This document shows positions 1 to 8,302 of a DNA stretch of 64,000 bases, in pieces (positions within the stretch are counted from its first letter, which is position 1; every line of letters starts with the position of its first letter). This DNA comes from Candidatus Aminicenantales bacterium (GTDB lineage Bacteria; Acidobacteriota; Aminicenantia; Aminicenantales; Saccharicenantaceae): positions 242 to 64,241 of the forward strand of contig JBEKVN010000002.1 in assembly GCA_049513915.1 (NCBI GenBank). Direction: 5' to 3'. The notes beneath the pieces were generated by a model. It did not search any database and was not told the origin of the DNA. It worked only from the letters and a program-made list of their open reading frames with translations. Made by a program: the position numbers and the translations under genes.

Positions 1-1011
1 GAGGGCCGAGCGGAGCGCCAGGACATTCGCGGGGGGAGTATCGTAGGCAACGACGCCGCAGCCGAACAGGAGGCCCGGCTGGCCCCGGGTCGCGCCGAGA
101 ATCCGGAGAGCCTCGGCCCGGATTTCCGTGGGGCTTCCCCGGTGGACAAGCCGGGCGTCCACGCTGGCCCGGAACGCCAGGCGCTCCTCCCGGCATCTCC
201 TCTTGAAAGCCTCGAGGTCGGAACCGGCGTCGCAGAGAAGCTGGGTCGCGCCTGTCCGGAGCAGGTCTTCGAGGATGGATGTGGTGTCGCCGCCGATGAT
301 TAGCGGGCGATAGCCGGCGCCCGCCTCAGCGAGAGCGGGCATGACCAGGTCGCGGTAAACGGGCAGCACGAATTCACGAAAGACCCGCGGGGACGCCGCC
401 CCCGGCGAGGCCTTGGAATCGAAGAGGATGACCCCGGCCCCGCCGGTCAGGAAAGCCCGGCCGTAGGCCGCGGTCACCCTCCCGCAGAAATCGAGCAGCC
501 GCCTGACGAATGAAGGGTCGTCCGCCGTCGCCAGTAACAATTTTTCCGTCCCCATCAAGGCGCCGGCCAGCGAGAACGGTCCGGTCAGGGCTCCGCGGAT
601 GATCATGGCCGCCCCGAATTCCTTCTGAAGGCGACGGGCCGCCGCGAGAAAGAGCGGCATCCGCCCGTCCTCCTCAGGGTCGGGGATCCCGAGCTTGCCC
701 AGGGCGCCGGAAGACCCGAGAAGGGGGCCGGTGACGGCGGGGACGTCGTTCGAATCATCGAAATAGCTCACTCGGCAGCCGAGCGCCTCGGCCTCGACAT
801 TGTACACGTCCACCCCGACGACCAGCATATCAGGGTCATAGACGTCGAGCTCCCGGAGCAGGGCCTCGTGGAGGAGGCCCCCGTCGCGGCAAACACGCGA
901 CGGCGTTCGGCCGATGAGGGCCGCCTTGTGTTCATAAACGGCGGGGACGAACGGGGGACGGTCCGGGACCCCGAGAGCATAGGTCCGTTCGACCCGCTCG
1001 CGTTTGGTCAT
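1..1011 (-). CDS. Uroporphyrinogen decarboxylase (URO-D) family / MtaA-CmuA-like methyltransferase-family protein; partial, C-terminus lies beyond the window start
   Basis: Minus-strand ORF with ATG at 1009-1011 that runs off the window start, so it is absent from the track. Manual translation MTKRERVERTYALGVPDRPPFVPAVYEHKAALIGR...VGVDVYNVEAEALGC...LIIGGDTTSILEDL is continuous and resembles URO-D family proteins. Confidence 0.5.
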   Translation of the reverse strand, partial: MTKRERVERTYALGVPDRPPFVPAVYEHKAALIGRTPSRVCRDGGLLHEALLRELDVYDPDMLVVGVDVYNVEAEALGCRVSYFDDSNDVPAVTGPLLGSSGALGKLGIPDPEEDGRMPLFLAAARRLQKEFGAAMIIRGALTGPFSLAGALMGTEKLLLATADDPSFVRRLLDFCGRVTAAYGRAFLTGGAGVILFDSKASPGAASPRVFREFVLPVYRDLVMPALAEAGAGYRPLIIGGDTTSILEDLLRTGATQLLCDAGSDLEAFKRRCREERLAFRASVDARLVHRGSPTEIRAEALRILGATRGQPGLLFGCGVVAYDTPPANVLALRSAL

Positions 1012-1017
1012 GGGTGA

Positions 1018-1641
1018 TCAGAAAAAGATTGTCGCGATCGTATAGACGCCGAACGCGGCCAGGGCCAGCCCCAGGTAAAACAGGATTTTCCGGAAGGTCC
1101 GGGGGCGGATTTTGAACTGCCGCTGGGACACGAACCGGACGAGCAGGAGATACCAGGCGAGCGAGCCCAGCCCGCAGGCCGCCGCAAAGGCAACGGGCGT
1201 CCAGCCGGTGTTGTGGACGAGGTCGTGGCCGGTCATGGTCCCCGCCACGGCGAACCAGAAGATGTACAGAGAAGGATTGGTCACGTAGAGGAGGATGACG
1301 CCCAGGATGGGCCGGTGCGGCGCGGACGGGACCTTATCGCCATCCTGGGGAAGGGTGAAGGTCTTCGAGTCCCTCACGAGCTTGTAGCTGATGATGAGGA
1401 CGACGACGCCAGCCACGGCCTTCATGATGGGCATGACCGACGGGCTGAGGCTGATCTTGATCAGGAAAAAACCCATCAGGGTGACGAGACAGTAGACGAG
1501 GTCAAGGACGGCCGTCGTGATCCCGGCGAGGATGCCGTGGAAATGGTCGCGCTTCAGGGTCTGGGAGACGACGAAGACGTTGACCGGCCCGAGAGGGATT
1601 GCGGCCACGAATCCGATCGCAAGGCCCAGGACGATGAACAT
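1018..1641 (-). CDS. LysE/RhtB-family amino-acid exporter
   Basis: 207-aa polytopic membrane protein (MFIVLGLAIGFVAAIPLGPVNVFVV...), typical in size and hydropathy for the LysE translocator family. Confidence 0.65.
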   Translation of the reverse strand: MFIVLGLAIGFVAAIPLGPVNVFVVSQTLKRDHFHGILAGITTAVLDLVYCLVTLMGFFLIKISLSPSVMPIMKAVAGVVVLIISYKLVRDSKTFTLPQDGDKVPSAPHRPILGVILLYVTNPSLYIFWFAVAGTMTGHDLVHNTGWTPVAFAAACGLGSLAWYLLLVRFVSQRQFKIRPRTFRKILFYLGLALAAFGVYTIATIFF

Positions 1642-1767
1642 GGTGTCCCCAGTTTATAGCAAAACCCTACGCTGGAGTCAACGTGCGGGTAGACGGGAAT
1701 GGCGGGCGGGGATGTATCAGGCGGGCAGAGACATGAGGGGTTATCCGGCTCGACCGGGACGGCCCTC

Positions 1768-2064
1768 TTACATCTTGGCCGAGGCCGACGTCTGGTCGCC
1801 GGCCTCTTCTTCCTCGGACTCGACCTCGATGCCCAGGAGCTTGGCCGTTCCCTCGTAGACCATCTTCAGGGATTTCTTGGATTCCTGAAGCTCGGCCAGC
1901 CGCCTCCGGACCTTCTGGAGCTCCTTCTCGACTTCGTCGTCGAGGTTGTCGAGCTGCCGTCTGACCTCGTCCATCGTCCTCTTATAGAGTTCCTCTTGAT
2001 CCTTGCTCAGACCCATAGCTGACTCCTTTTGTTGATATACACTTTTCTTAGTCATGGGACTCAA
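1768..2064 (-). CDS. Small charged coiled-coil protein, hypothetical
   Basis: 98-aa ORF rich in E/K/L heptad-like segments (ELQKVRRRLAELQESKKSLK). Its start overlaps the stop of the upstream REC-TonB gene (ATGA), suggesting co-transcription. Confidence 0.4.
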   Translation of the reverse strand: MSPMTKKSVYQQKESAMGLSKDQEELYKRTMDEVRRQLDNLDDEVEKELQKVRRRLAELQESKKSLKMVYEGTAKLLGIEVESEEEEAGDQTSASAKM

Positions 2065-4253
2065 TTCTGCCTGGACCGGTTCGCCTTGAATATGACGACG
2101 ACAGGCTTCCAGACTTTAACGTTCACGCCGTCCTTTTTGGCCGGCTGGAACTTCCACTTCCTGACCGCGTCCGCGGCGGCTTTCTCGAGGCCCATGTCGT
2201 CCTTGAGCCCTTTGAGGATTCCGGTATTGATGACGCTCCCTGTTTCGTCGATCAGAGCGTTAACTGTGACCGAGCCTTCCTTGCCGAAGCGGCTGGCCTG
2301 GGCCGGATACAACGGATCGACGGACTTTTGGACCTTGGGCTGTTCATCGGCCGCGGCGAGGTCGACGAGATCCCCGGGATTGGCCCTTGCGGCCGCGGCC
2401 GGCTGGCCCGCGGCGTCGTCGCCGGTTCCGGTCGAGCCCTGGGGCGGTGCAGCCTCCGTCCTGACGGGCGGCTGGCCCTGCACCTGGCCGGCCAGTGATT
2501 CGGCGGACTTTGCGTCGCCGGTTTTGGTTTCGGGCGCTTTGGCATCGGCCTGTTTTGCGTCCACGGGCTTCGCGCCGGGTTTGTCGCCGGCGGCCCCGGG
2601 GATTGCCAGGCGGGAAATATCCAAGCTCCGAGACGGAACGATGGCGTCTTCAGCCGTAGGCAGGGGGTCGGCCGGATGATTCTGGACGGCCTGCGCGCCG
2701 GTCTTGGCTTTGGGGTTCACGGCCTTGAGCTTTTCTTCGGAGAGAGAAGGCAGCGACGCGTCCGGGGTGTTGTCGGAAGCGGCCGACGGGATTACCCGCG
2801 CCGGATTCTTCGGCATATTGCCGGCCGGGTTGCTGACGGGTTTGGGCCTGAGAATGAAGTAGCCCACCACGGCCACGATGACGAGCCCGGCGCCGACGGC
2901 GATGAACGGCGCGGGAGATTTTTTCTTTTCAACCTCGTAGATGTCCTTGAACATCCGGGCCTCGGCCGCCGTGCGCGATTCGTGGGCCAGCGGAGATTCT
3001 TTCGGGGCGGCCTCTTCCTCCGGCACATTCGGCTCGGGCTTCGGTTGCGCTTTTGGCTTGGGCGGTGCGGGGGCCGGCTGGACGGGCTGGGACATGGCCT
3101 TCGGACGGGACTGAGGCTGGGCCTGCGGGGACTTCGGCTTTTCAGCGACGGCCGCGGGCAGGGGGGGTGGAGTGGCCGCTTTCGGCTTTTCCTCCGGCGC
3201 GGCCGGCGGGACCGACGTCCCGAACGGCCTGGGTTTTTGATGAGCGGGGGCCGGCGCCGGGGCAACCGCTTTCGGCTTGTCCGGCGGCGGCTGGGGAGCC
3301 GGGACAGGATGCGGCACGGCTCTGGCCGTCTTCTTCTTTTCGGATTCGAGCCCGAAATCGGACAGCGTGGTCTTCAGGAGCTTATCGATGTCCTCCGCCT
3401 GCTGGTCTTTCTCCGTATGATCGTGCGGCCTCTCGTCGAGTCCGTTCGACACGCTATGGCCGGGCCTCCCGCCTTTCAGCGGTTCGGGCCGGCGGGAGTC
3501 GTCTTTTGTGGGTGCGATGTTGAGCAGGCTTTCGAGCTGGAGATCGTCGCCCAGGACGAACTTGCCGTCCTGCCCGCGTTTGACCTTGGGGATCATGGTC
3601 GACGCGGGCCTGATATCATGGCCAGGCTCCGGCCGGCGATACTCTTCCTTGGCCGGCCTGACGTTGAGGACGCTTTCGAGGCTCAGGCCCTCTTCCATGG
3701 CCGGCCTGTGGCCCGGAGCGGGTCTCGTCCGGGGCGAGTCTTCTCGCGCGGGCCTGACCTCGGGCTGAGGTTCGACGCGGCGCGGCTCTTCCTTGAGGGG
3801 CTTGACCACGGGCACCGGCCCGGGGCCTTCAACCGGTTCCCCGTTTCCCGGCTTGACCTCGGGACCGGGCTTGATGTCGGGCACCGTCAGGACCGCGTGG
3901 ATCGACGCGACGAACTTGAGCATGTCGAGGGGTTTTTCGAAATACTCGGACGCCCCGTACGTCCGGAGGGCCTCCGTCCTGTAGACGCGGTCTTTATAAA
4001 CGCCGGTCATGATGAACACGGGCACCTTCCGGACCGGGTCCTTGGTGATCCGGTCACAGAGCTCGAACCCATGGATCTTGGACAGCATGGCCTCCATGAG
4101 CACGAGGTCCGGCTTTTCGCTCTGGAATTTCTCCCAACCGGCCTGGCCGTCGCCCGCCACCGTCACGTCGAACCCCTCCTGGATCAGGGTCTTGCGCAGG
4201 GCGGCCAGGGAGGCCTGGTCATAATCGATGACAAGAATCTTCTTCATGCCCAT
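2061..4253 (-). CDS. Response-regulator receiver domain fused to TonB C-terminal domain (REC – Pro-rich linker – TM – Pro/Ala-rich spacer – TonB-C)
   Basis: N-terminus MGMKKILVIDYDQASLAALRKTLIQEGFDVTVAGDGQAGWEKFQSEKPDLVLMEAML... is a CheY-like REC domain. A very long P/E/K/A-rich low-complexity region follows, then one TM helix (FIAVGAGLVIVAVVGYFIL). The C-terminus ...GSVTVNALIDETGSVINTGILKGLKDDMGLEKAAADAVRKWKFQPAKKDGVNVKVWKPVVVIF matches the TonB C-terminal fold signature. Confidence 0.7.
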   Translation of the reverse strand: MGMKKILVIDYDQASLAALRKTLIQEGFDVTVAGDGQAGWEKFQSEKPDLVLMEAMLSKIHGFELCDRITKDPVRKVPVFIMTGVYKDRVYRTEALRTYGASEYFEKPLDMLKFVASIHAVLTVPDIKPGPEVKPGNGEPVEGPGPVPVVKPLKEEPRRVEPQPEVRPAREDSPRTRPAPGHRPAMEEGLSLESVLNVRPAKEEYRRPEPGHDIRPASTMIPKVKRGQDGKFVLGDDLQLESLLNIAPTKDDSRRPEPLKGGRPGHSVSNGLDERPHDHTEKDQQAEDIDKLLKTTLSDFGLESEKKKTARAVPHPVPAPQPPPDKPKAVAPAPAPAHQKPRPFGTSVPPAAPEEKPKAATPPPLPAAVAEKPKSPQAQPQSRPKAMSQPVQPAPAPPKPKAQPKPEPNVPEEEAAPKESPLAHESRTAAEARMFKDIYEVEKKKSPAPFIAVGAGLVIVAVVGYFILRPKPVSNPAGNMPKNPARVIPSAASDNTPDASLPSLSEEKLKAVNPKAKTGAQAVQNHPADPLPTAEDAIVPSRSLDISRLAIPGAAGDKPGAKPVDAKQADAKAPETKTGDAKSAESLAGQVQGQPPVRTEAAPPQGSTGTGDDAAGQPAAAARANPGDLVDLAAADEQPKVQKSVDPLYPAQASRFGKEGSVTVNALIDETGSVINTGILKGLKDDMGLEKAAADAVRKWKFQPAKKDGVNVKVWKPVVVIFKANRSRQN

Positions 4254-4506
4254 TTCTCGGGTCTCTCAGGCTCCAATTGTTCCTTTCGCTACCTATTTTT
4301 CATCACCCCCAGGACCGGTCAATCACCCCTTGGGGTGATTTCGTGGAGGATATTCCCCCCCGGGGTGCGAGGAGGGCTCATCATCCGCTTTTCGTGGCTT
4401 GATCGGTCCCCTTCTTTTTGTATAAAATGGGTTCCGATCCCGTTCGCTGGATTCTACGGACGCCAGTCTGTGGAGCTTCAGCCGACGTGAAGGGAGGGCA
4501 TGACAC

Positions 4507-5409
4507 ATGACCGTATCGGACAGGAAAGGTTTCGGCTGGATCCCGGATTTCCCCGACTTCCGGGACTATTCCGAAAACACGAAAGAGGTCAGGGAAATCC
4601 TCGGACAGGCGGGCTCACCGGCGACGGGCACGCCACGCGCCTCGCGGAAAGATCGCGCCGGCTCACCGGCCGCGGTGGACCTCAGGGAATGGGCTTCGGA
4701 GGTCGAGGACCAAGGGTCGCTCGGGTCGTGCACCGCCCAGGCCGGCGCCGGGGTCATCGAGTATTACGAGAGAAAATCGTTCGGACGGCACATCGACGCT
4801 TCGCGCCTGTTCCTTTATAAGGTCACCCGCAATTTGATGAAGATGAAGGGCGACACCGGCGCCTATCTGAGACTGACCATAGGGGCCATGGTCCTCTTCG
4901 GGGTCCCTCCCGAGCAGTATTGGCCCTACACGGACGATGAGGGAGAGTTCGACAAGGAGCCGCCGGCCTTTTGTTACGCGTTCGCGCAGAGCTACAGGAC
5001 CGTCAAATACTATCGCCACGACATGCCCGGGAGCGCACGGCCCCAGGTCCTGGAGCGCCTCAAAACCTACCTGGCGGCCGGGCACCCGGCCATGTTCGGG
5101 TTCACTGTGTATAGCTCGATCGAGCAGGCCGCGGCTACGGGTCGGATCCCCTATCCCTCCGCCCGCGAGAAGATTGAAGGCGGCCATGCCGTGGTCGCTC
5201 TGGGTTACGACGACAAAATGACCATCCAGAACGAGGCCGGCGGCCGGCCGACCAAGGGCGCTTTGCTCATCCGAAACTCCTGGGGGTCCGGTTGGGGGGA
5301 GAAAGGCTACGGGTGGCTGCCCTACGAATACGTCCTCCGCGGACTGGCCGAGGATTTCTGGTCGGTCCTCAAGAAGGAATGGCTAGATACGGGCGCCTTC
5401 AAGATCTAA
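4507..5409 (+). CDS. Papain-like (C1 family) cysteine peptidase
   Basis: Catalytic-site contexts QGSLGSCTAQAG (Cys), GGHAVVALGYDD (His) and NSWGSGWGEKGYGW (Asn/Trp) are present. GGAGGG RBS upstream. Confidence 0.8.
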   Translation: MTVSDRKGFGWIPDFPDFRDYSENTKEVREILGQAGSPATGTPRASRKDRAGSPAAVDLREWASEVEDQGSLGSCTAQAGAGVIEYYERKSFGRHIDASRLFLYKVTRNLMKMKGDTGAYLRLTIGAMVLFGVPPEQYWPYTDDEGEFDKEPPAFCYAFAQSYRTVKYYRHDMPGSARPQVLERLKTYLAAGHPAMFGFTVYSSIEQAAATGRIPYPSAREKIEGGHAVVALGYDDKMTIQNEAGGRPTKGALLIRNSWGSGWGEKGYGWLPYEYVLRGLAEDFWSVLKKEWLDTGAFKI

Positions 5410-5434
5410 ATCATTATCTAGGGAGGTTATCATC

Positions 5435-6157
5435 ATGATGAAACGTTTGTGCGCAATCATCTCTATTTTCCTAGCCCTGGCCGCGGGTGGCATCCTGGCG
5501 CAGGAGAAGGCCGCGGCCCAGGAGACCTCGAGTTCCGTGCCCGAGCTCGAAGCCTTTCATGAAATCATCTATCCGATCTGGCACACGGCATACCCCGAGA
5601 AGGACATCGCCGCCCTGAAGGGCTATGTCCCCCGGATCAACGAGCTGGCGGCGAAGATCTACGCGGCCAAGCTTCCGGGTATCCTCCGGGAAAAGGAAGC
5701 CGCGTGGACGGCGGGTGTGGACAAACTCAAGCAGGCCGTCGACGCCTATAACACGGCGGCCAAGGGAGCCGATGGCCAGGCCCTGCTCAATGCCGCCGAG
5801 GCTCTCCACATGAGGTACGAGACGCTCGTGAGGGCCATCCGGCCGGTCCTCCCCGAAATGGACGCCTTCCATAAGGAACTGTACGTGGTTTATCACCGGT
5901 ACCTGCCGGACAAAAAATGGGACGACGTCCGGAAGGCCGCCCCCGCGATGAAGGCCCTGGCCGACGCCGTGGCCAAGGTCCAGCTCCCGAAGCGGCTCGA
6001 GGCCAAGACCGGGATGTTCAAGACTGCCGCGGCGAGTCTCGTCGAGGCGACCGCCGCGCTCGAAGGCCTCGCCAAGAGCGGCGACGCCGCCGCGCTGGAG
6101 CAAGCCGTCGTCAAGGTCCACGCGAAATACCAGGCCCTGGAAAAGGTCTTCGAATAA
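5435..6157 (+). CDS. Secreted hypothetical protein with an internal ~95-aa tandem duplication
   Basis: Signal peptide MMKRLCAIISIFLALAAGGILAQ. Two homologous halves (FHEIIYPIWHTAYPEKDIAALKGYVPRINELAAKI... / FHKELYVVYHRYLPDKKWDDVRKAAPAMKALADAV...). Strong RBS GGGAGG. Confidence 0.55.
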   Translation: MMKRLCAIISIFLALAAGGILAQEKAAAQETSSSVPELEAFHEIIYPIWHTAYPEKDIAALKGYVPRINELAAKIYAAKLPGILREKEAAWTAGVDKLKQAVDAYNTAAKGADGQALLNAAEALHMRYETLVRAIRPVLPEMDAFHKELYVVYHRYLPDKKWDDVRKAAPAMKALADAVAKVQLPKRLEAKTGMFKTAAASLVEATAALEGLAKSGDAAALEQAVVKVHAKYQALEKVFE

Positions 6158-6176
6158 GCGGGCGGGAACCCCGCGT

Positions 6177-8003
6177 CTACGCTTCCTTAGGGCAGGGGGT
6201 GTGCTCTTCGATGAGCGCCTGAAGGATCTCGAGTTCGTCGGAGTCGAACCAGATCTTTGAGCACGACAGACACTTATCCACCGGCACGAAATACTGATAA
6301 TTGTAGGGTCGGGGCGCCATCCTGTAGCCGCAGGCCGGGCAGGGGACCTCTCCGGTCACCGAGGCGTTGATCTTCCGCCTCTTCGCGGGATCGGCGAGGA
6401 CGTTCTCTTCGAACGCCCGGGCCTTGGCGGCGAGGTCGCCGGAGAATGCGACCTCACGGCGGGCGATGATCCTCTCGACTCCGGCCGCGTCCACGAGTTT
6501 CCCCGTGCATCGCCGGCAAATCCGGATGGCGACGCCTTCATAATACGCTTCGGCGAGGGGAAGCCGGCAACGCGGGCAGAGATTCTGGCGCCCGGGGACA
6601 AGCGGCTTTTTCCTGGCCAGATTCCTGAGGGCGACCCGCACCTGGGGGAATTCCCGGGCTCCGGCTTCGATTCCTTCCTGCGTGTTCTTGACGAGCATCG
6701 ACGCCGAAAACCTCGGGAGGCAGACGAGCTCGCCCATGGTCAAGGGGCCTTCCCATCTTCCGGCCTGTCCGGTTGCGAGGAGCCAGATGCGGGCTTCGTC
6801 GGGGGGGAGGAATGAGGCCTCGGGGGAGGGGGGCCCGCCCGCCGCCCCTGCGCTTGCCGCGGCGGGCGCAGGCCCGTCCGGAGATATCAATTCCCCGCAC
6901 CCCGGGAAGAGCTCGAGTTGGCCTTTCTTGATTTCCTCAAAGGAATGGATGACCCCGCGGGCCTGCTCCCGGAGGTTCACGCTTTGGCGAACCTCGCCGA
7001 TGACCTCGGCCGGGGTTCTGTGCGCCATGGCCGCCAGGATCCCCAGCCGTTTCATGAACGGCGGGTGGGAGTTAAAAATCCTCCCGGCCAGCGTATCCGG
7101 CACATCCTTCGCGCCGGGAGGGACGATGAAGAGGGGTGTATACGTGAGGGAAAAATCCCCGATGAACGAGTTCTTCACCTGGGCCTTGTAGATGGCCCGG
7201 GCCAGGGACTCCGGCGCCCGGCAGAGCTCGACGGCGGCCGCGTCGGCCAGGAGCTCCCGTTCGCGGCTCACCAGCATGCTCAGGAGATGCATGGCGAGCG
7301 CGGAGAGGTCGAGCGCGAAATAAAAGAGGAAGGGCGCCCTTCTCGCTTGGACGCGCCCGCTCCGCTCGGCCCCGGGTCCCGCGAAATCCTCCCGCTCCGG
7401 TTCCAGGGCTTCCTGAAGCCTTTCGAAGACGTTGGCCAGGGAACAGACAAGGGTCAGGTAGAAGGCGTCGCCCCGGGCGATGTGCGCGAGCTCATGGGCG
7501 GCCACGGCTTCGAGCTCGTCGCGCGTCCCGTCGGCCAGGAGGCCCTCCGTGACGGCGACGGCGGGGGTGCCGTCGCCTTCGATCAGGGCCAGGGAATTGA
7601 TGGCGAACGAGGGCAGCACATACCCGTTGACGCGGGGGAGGCCGGCGGCGATGCGGATCCCGTCGAGCGTGTCGAGGAATTGCTTATGATAACGGTCGGC
7701 GGGATCGGGGATCGCAGCCTGAAGCCGCTTGAGGATGTATCGGGGTCCGTTGCGCTTGGCGTCCAGAAAATGAAGGACGGCCACGACCGTCGCGGCGGCC
7801 AGGTCGAAAATCATAAAGCGGACCCAGAAATGCGGCGTCCCGAACGTCCCCCGCGCTAAAAGGAGGCCGAAGCTCAGGACGAGGGCCAGGGCGATGGCTC
7901 CGAGCGCGACGACGTAGAAGGCGATGACGGCGAAAAAGAGGGAGAGGCTCTTGGCCCGCTGGCTTTTCTGGACTTCGTAAAAATCCTTGGGGACCGCGGC
8001 CAT
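6177..8003 (-). CDS. M48-family zinc metallopeptidase with N-terminal TM helices and two C-terminal zinc-ribbon (zf-TFIIB-like) modules
   Basis: HExxH motif in AAHELAHIARGD. N-terminal hydrophobic helices. C-terminal CPRCRLPL...CRRCTGKLVD and CPACGYRMAP...CLSCSKIWFDSDELEIL (the CPxCG...CxxCxxxWxDxxEL pattern). Confidence 0.7.
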   Translation of the reverse strand: MAAVPKDFYEVQKSQRAKSLSLFFAVIAFYVVALGAIALALVLSFGLLLARGTFGTPHFWVRFMIFDLAAATVVAVLHFLDAKRNGPRYILKRLQAAIPDPADRYHKQFLDTLDGIRIAAGLPRVNGYVLPSFAINSLALIEGDGTPAVAVTEGLLADGTRDELEAVAAHELAHIARGDAFYLTLVCSLANVFERLQEALEPEREDFAGPGAERSGRVQARRAPFLFYFALDLSALAMHLLSMLVSRERELLADAAAVELCRAPESLARAIYKAQVKNSFIGDFSLTYTPLFIVPPGAKDVPDTLAGRIFNSHPPFMKRLGILAAMAHRTPAEVIGEVRQSVNLREQARGVIHSFEEIKKGQLELFPGCGELISPDGPAPAAASAGAAGGPPSPEASFLPPDEARIWLLATGQAGRWEGPLTMGELVCLPRFSASMLVKNTQEGIEAGAREFPQVRVALRNLARKKPLVPGRQNLCPRCRLPLAEAYYEGVAIRICRRCTGKLVDAAGVERIIARREVAFSGDLAAKARAFEENVLADPAKRRKINASVTGEVPCPACGYRMAPRPYNYQYFVPVDKCLSCSKIWFDSDELEILQALIEEHTPCPKEA

Positions 8004-8064
8004 GGCGTTTCCGGCATCATACTGAAAAACTTCCGCCCCGGCAAGGTTTTTCGCCGACAGACAA

Positions 8065-8210
8065 CTCGAAAACGAGGACCTAAGAAATCCCCTATAGTTT
8101 TATTGGGGTCGGACCAAACCAACTCATTGATAGACAGCTCGTTACCCCAAAAGGCCTGGCGCTTTTTGGCCTTAAGTCCGTGTTTTCAGGGCTCAAAACG
8201 AGGACTTAAG
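8065..8210. repeat. Composite palindromic repeat locus A: half-hairpin + TTGGGGTCGGACCAA box (inverted orientation) + full hairpin CTTAAGTCCGTGTTTTCAGGGCTCAAAACGAGGACTTAAG
   Basis: Box at 8104–8118. Imperfect 40-nt hairpin at 8171–8210. Half copy CTCGAAAACGAGGACCTAAG at 8065–8084. Intergenic between the M48 peptidase and tricorn genes. Confidence 0.8.
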
Positions 8211-8302
8211 AGAGACCTGTTGTCGGGATTCGTCCTGTGGTATAGTTCCGTACTTATCATGGGTGTCCCGAAAAAACACATGATTCCGGGGAGGAAAAAA
8301 AT

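Noticed and set aside
4290-4330. Palindrome TCACCCCttGGGGTGA in the divergent promoter region between the REC–TonB and C1 peptidase genes
   Set aside because: It is short (7-bp arms) and isolated. It could be an operator, but the evidence is too thin to call a feature.
2676-4490. 604-aa plus-strand ORF (R/G-rich) antisense to the REC–TonB gene
   Set aside because: It is a typical antisense artefact of high-GC DNA (Arg/Gly/Leu-rich, no motifs). The opposite strand carries clear REC and TonB-C domains.
8103-8302. N-terminal 67 codons of the track ORF 8103–11651
   Set aside because: This stretch is a read-through of the palindromic repeat locus A. A GGAGG RBS plus ATG at 8303 precede a clean signal peptide (MRKASWVVLCLILVLCWSGPVWA), so 8303 is taken as the true start.
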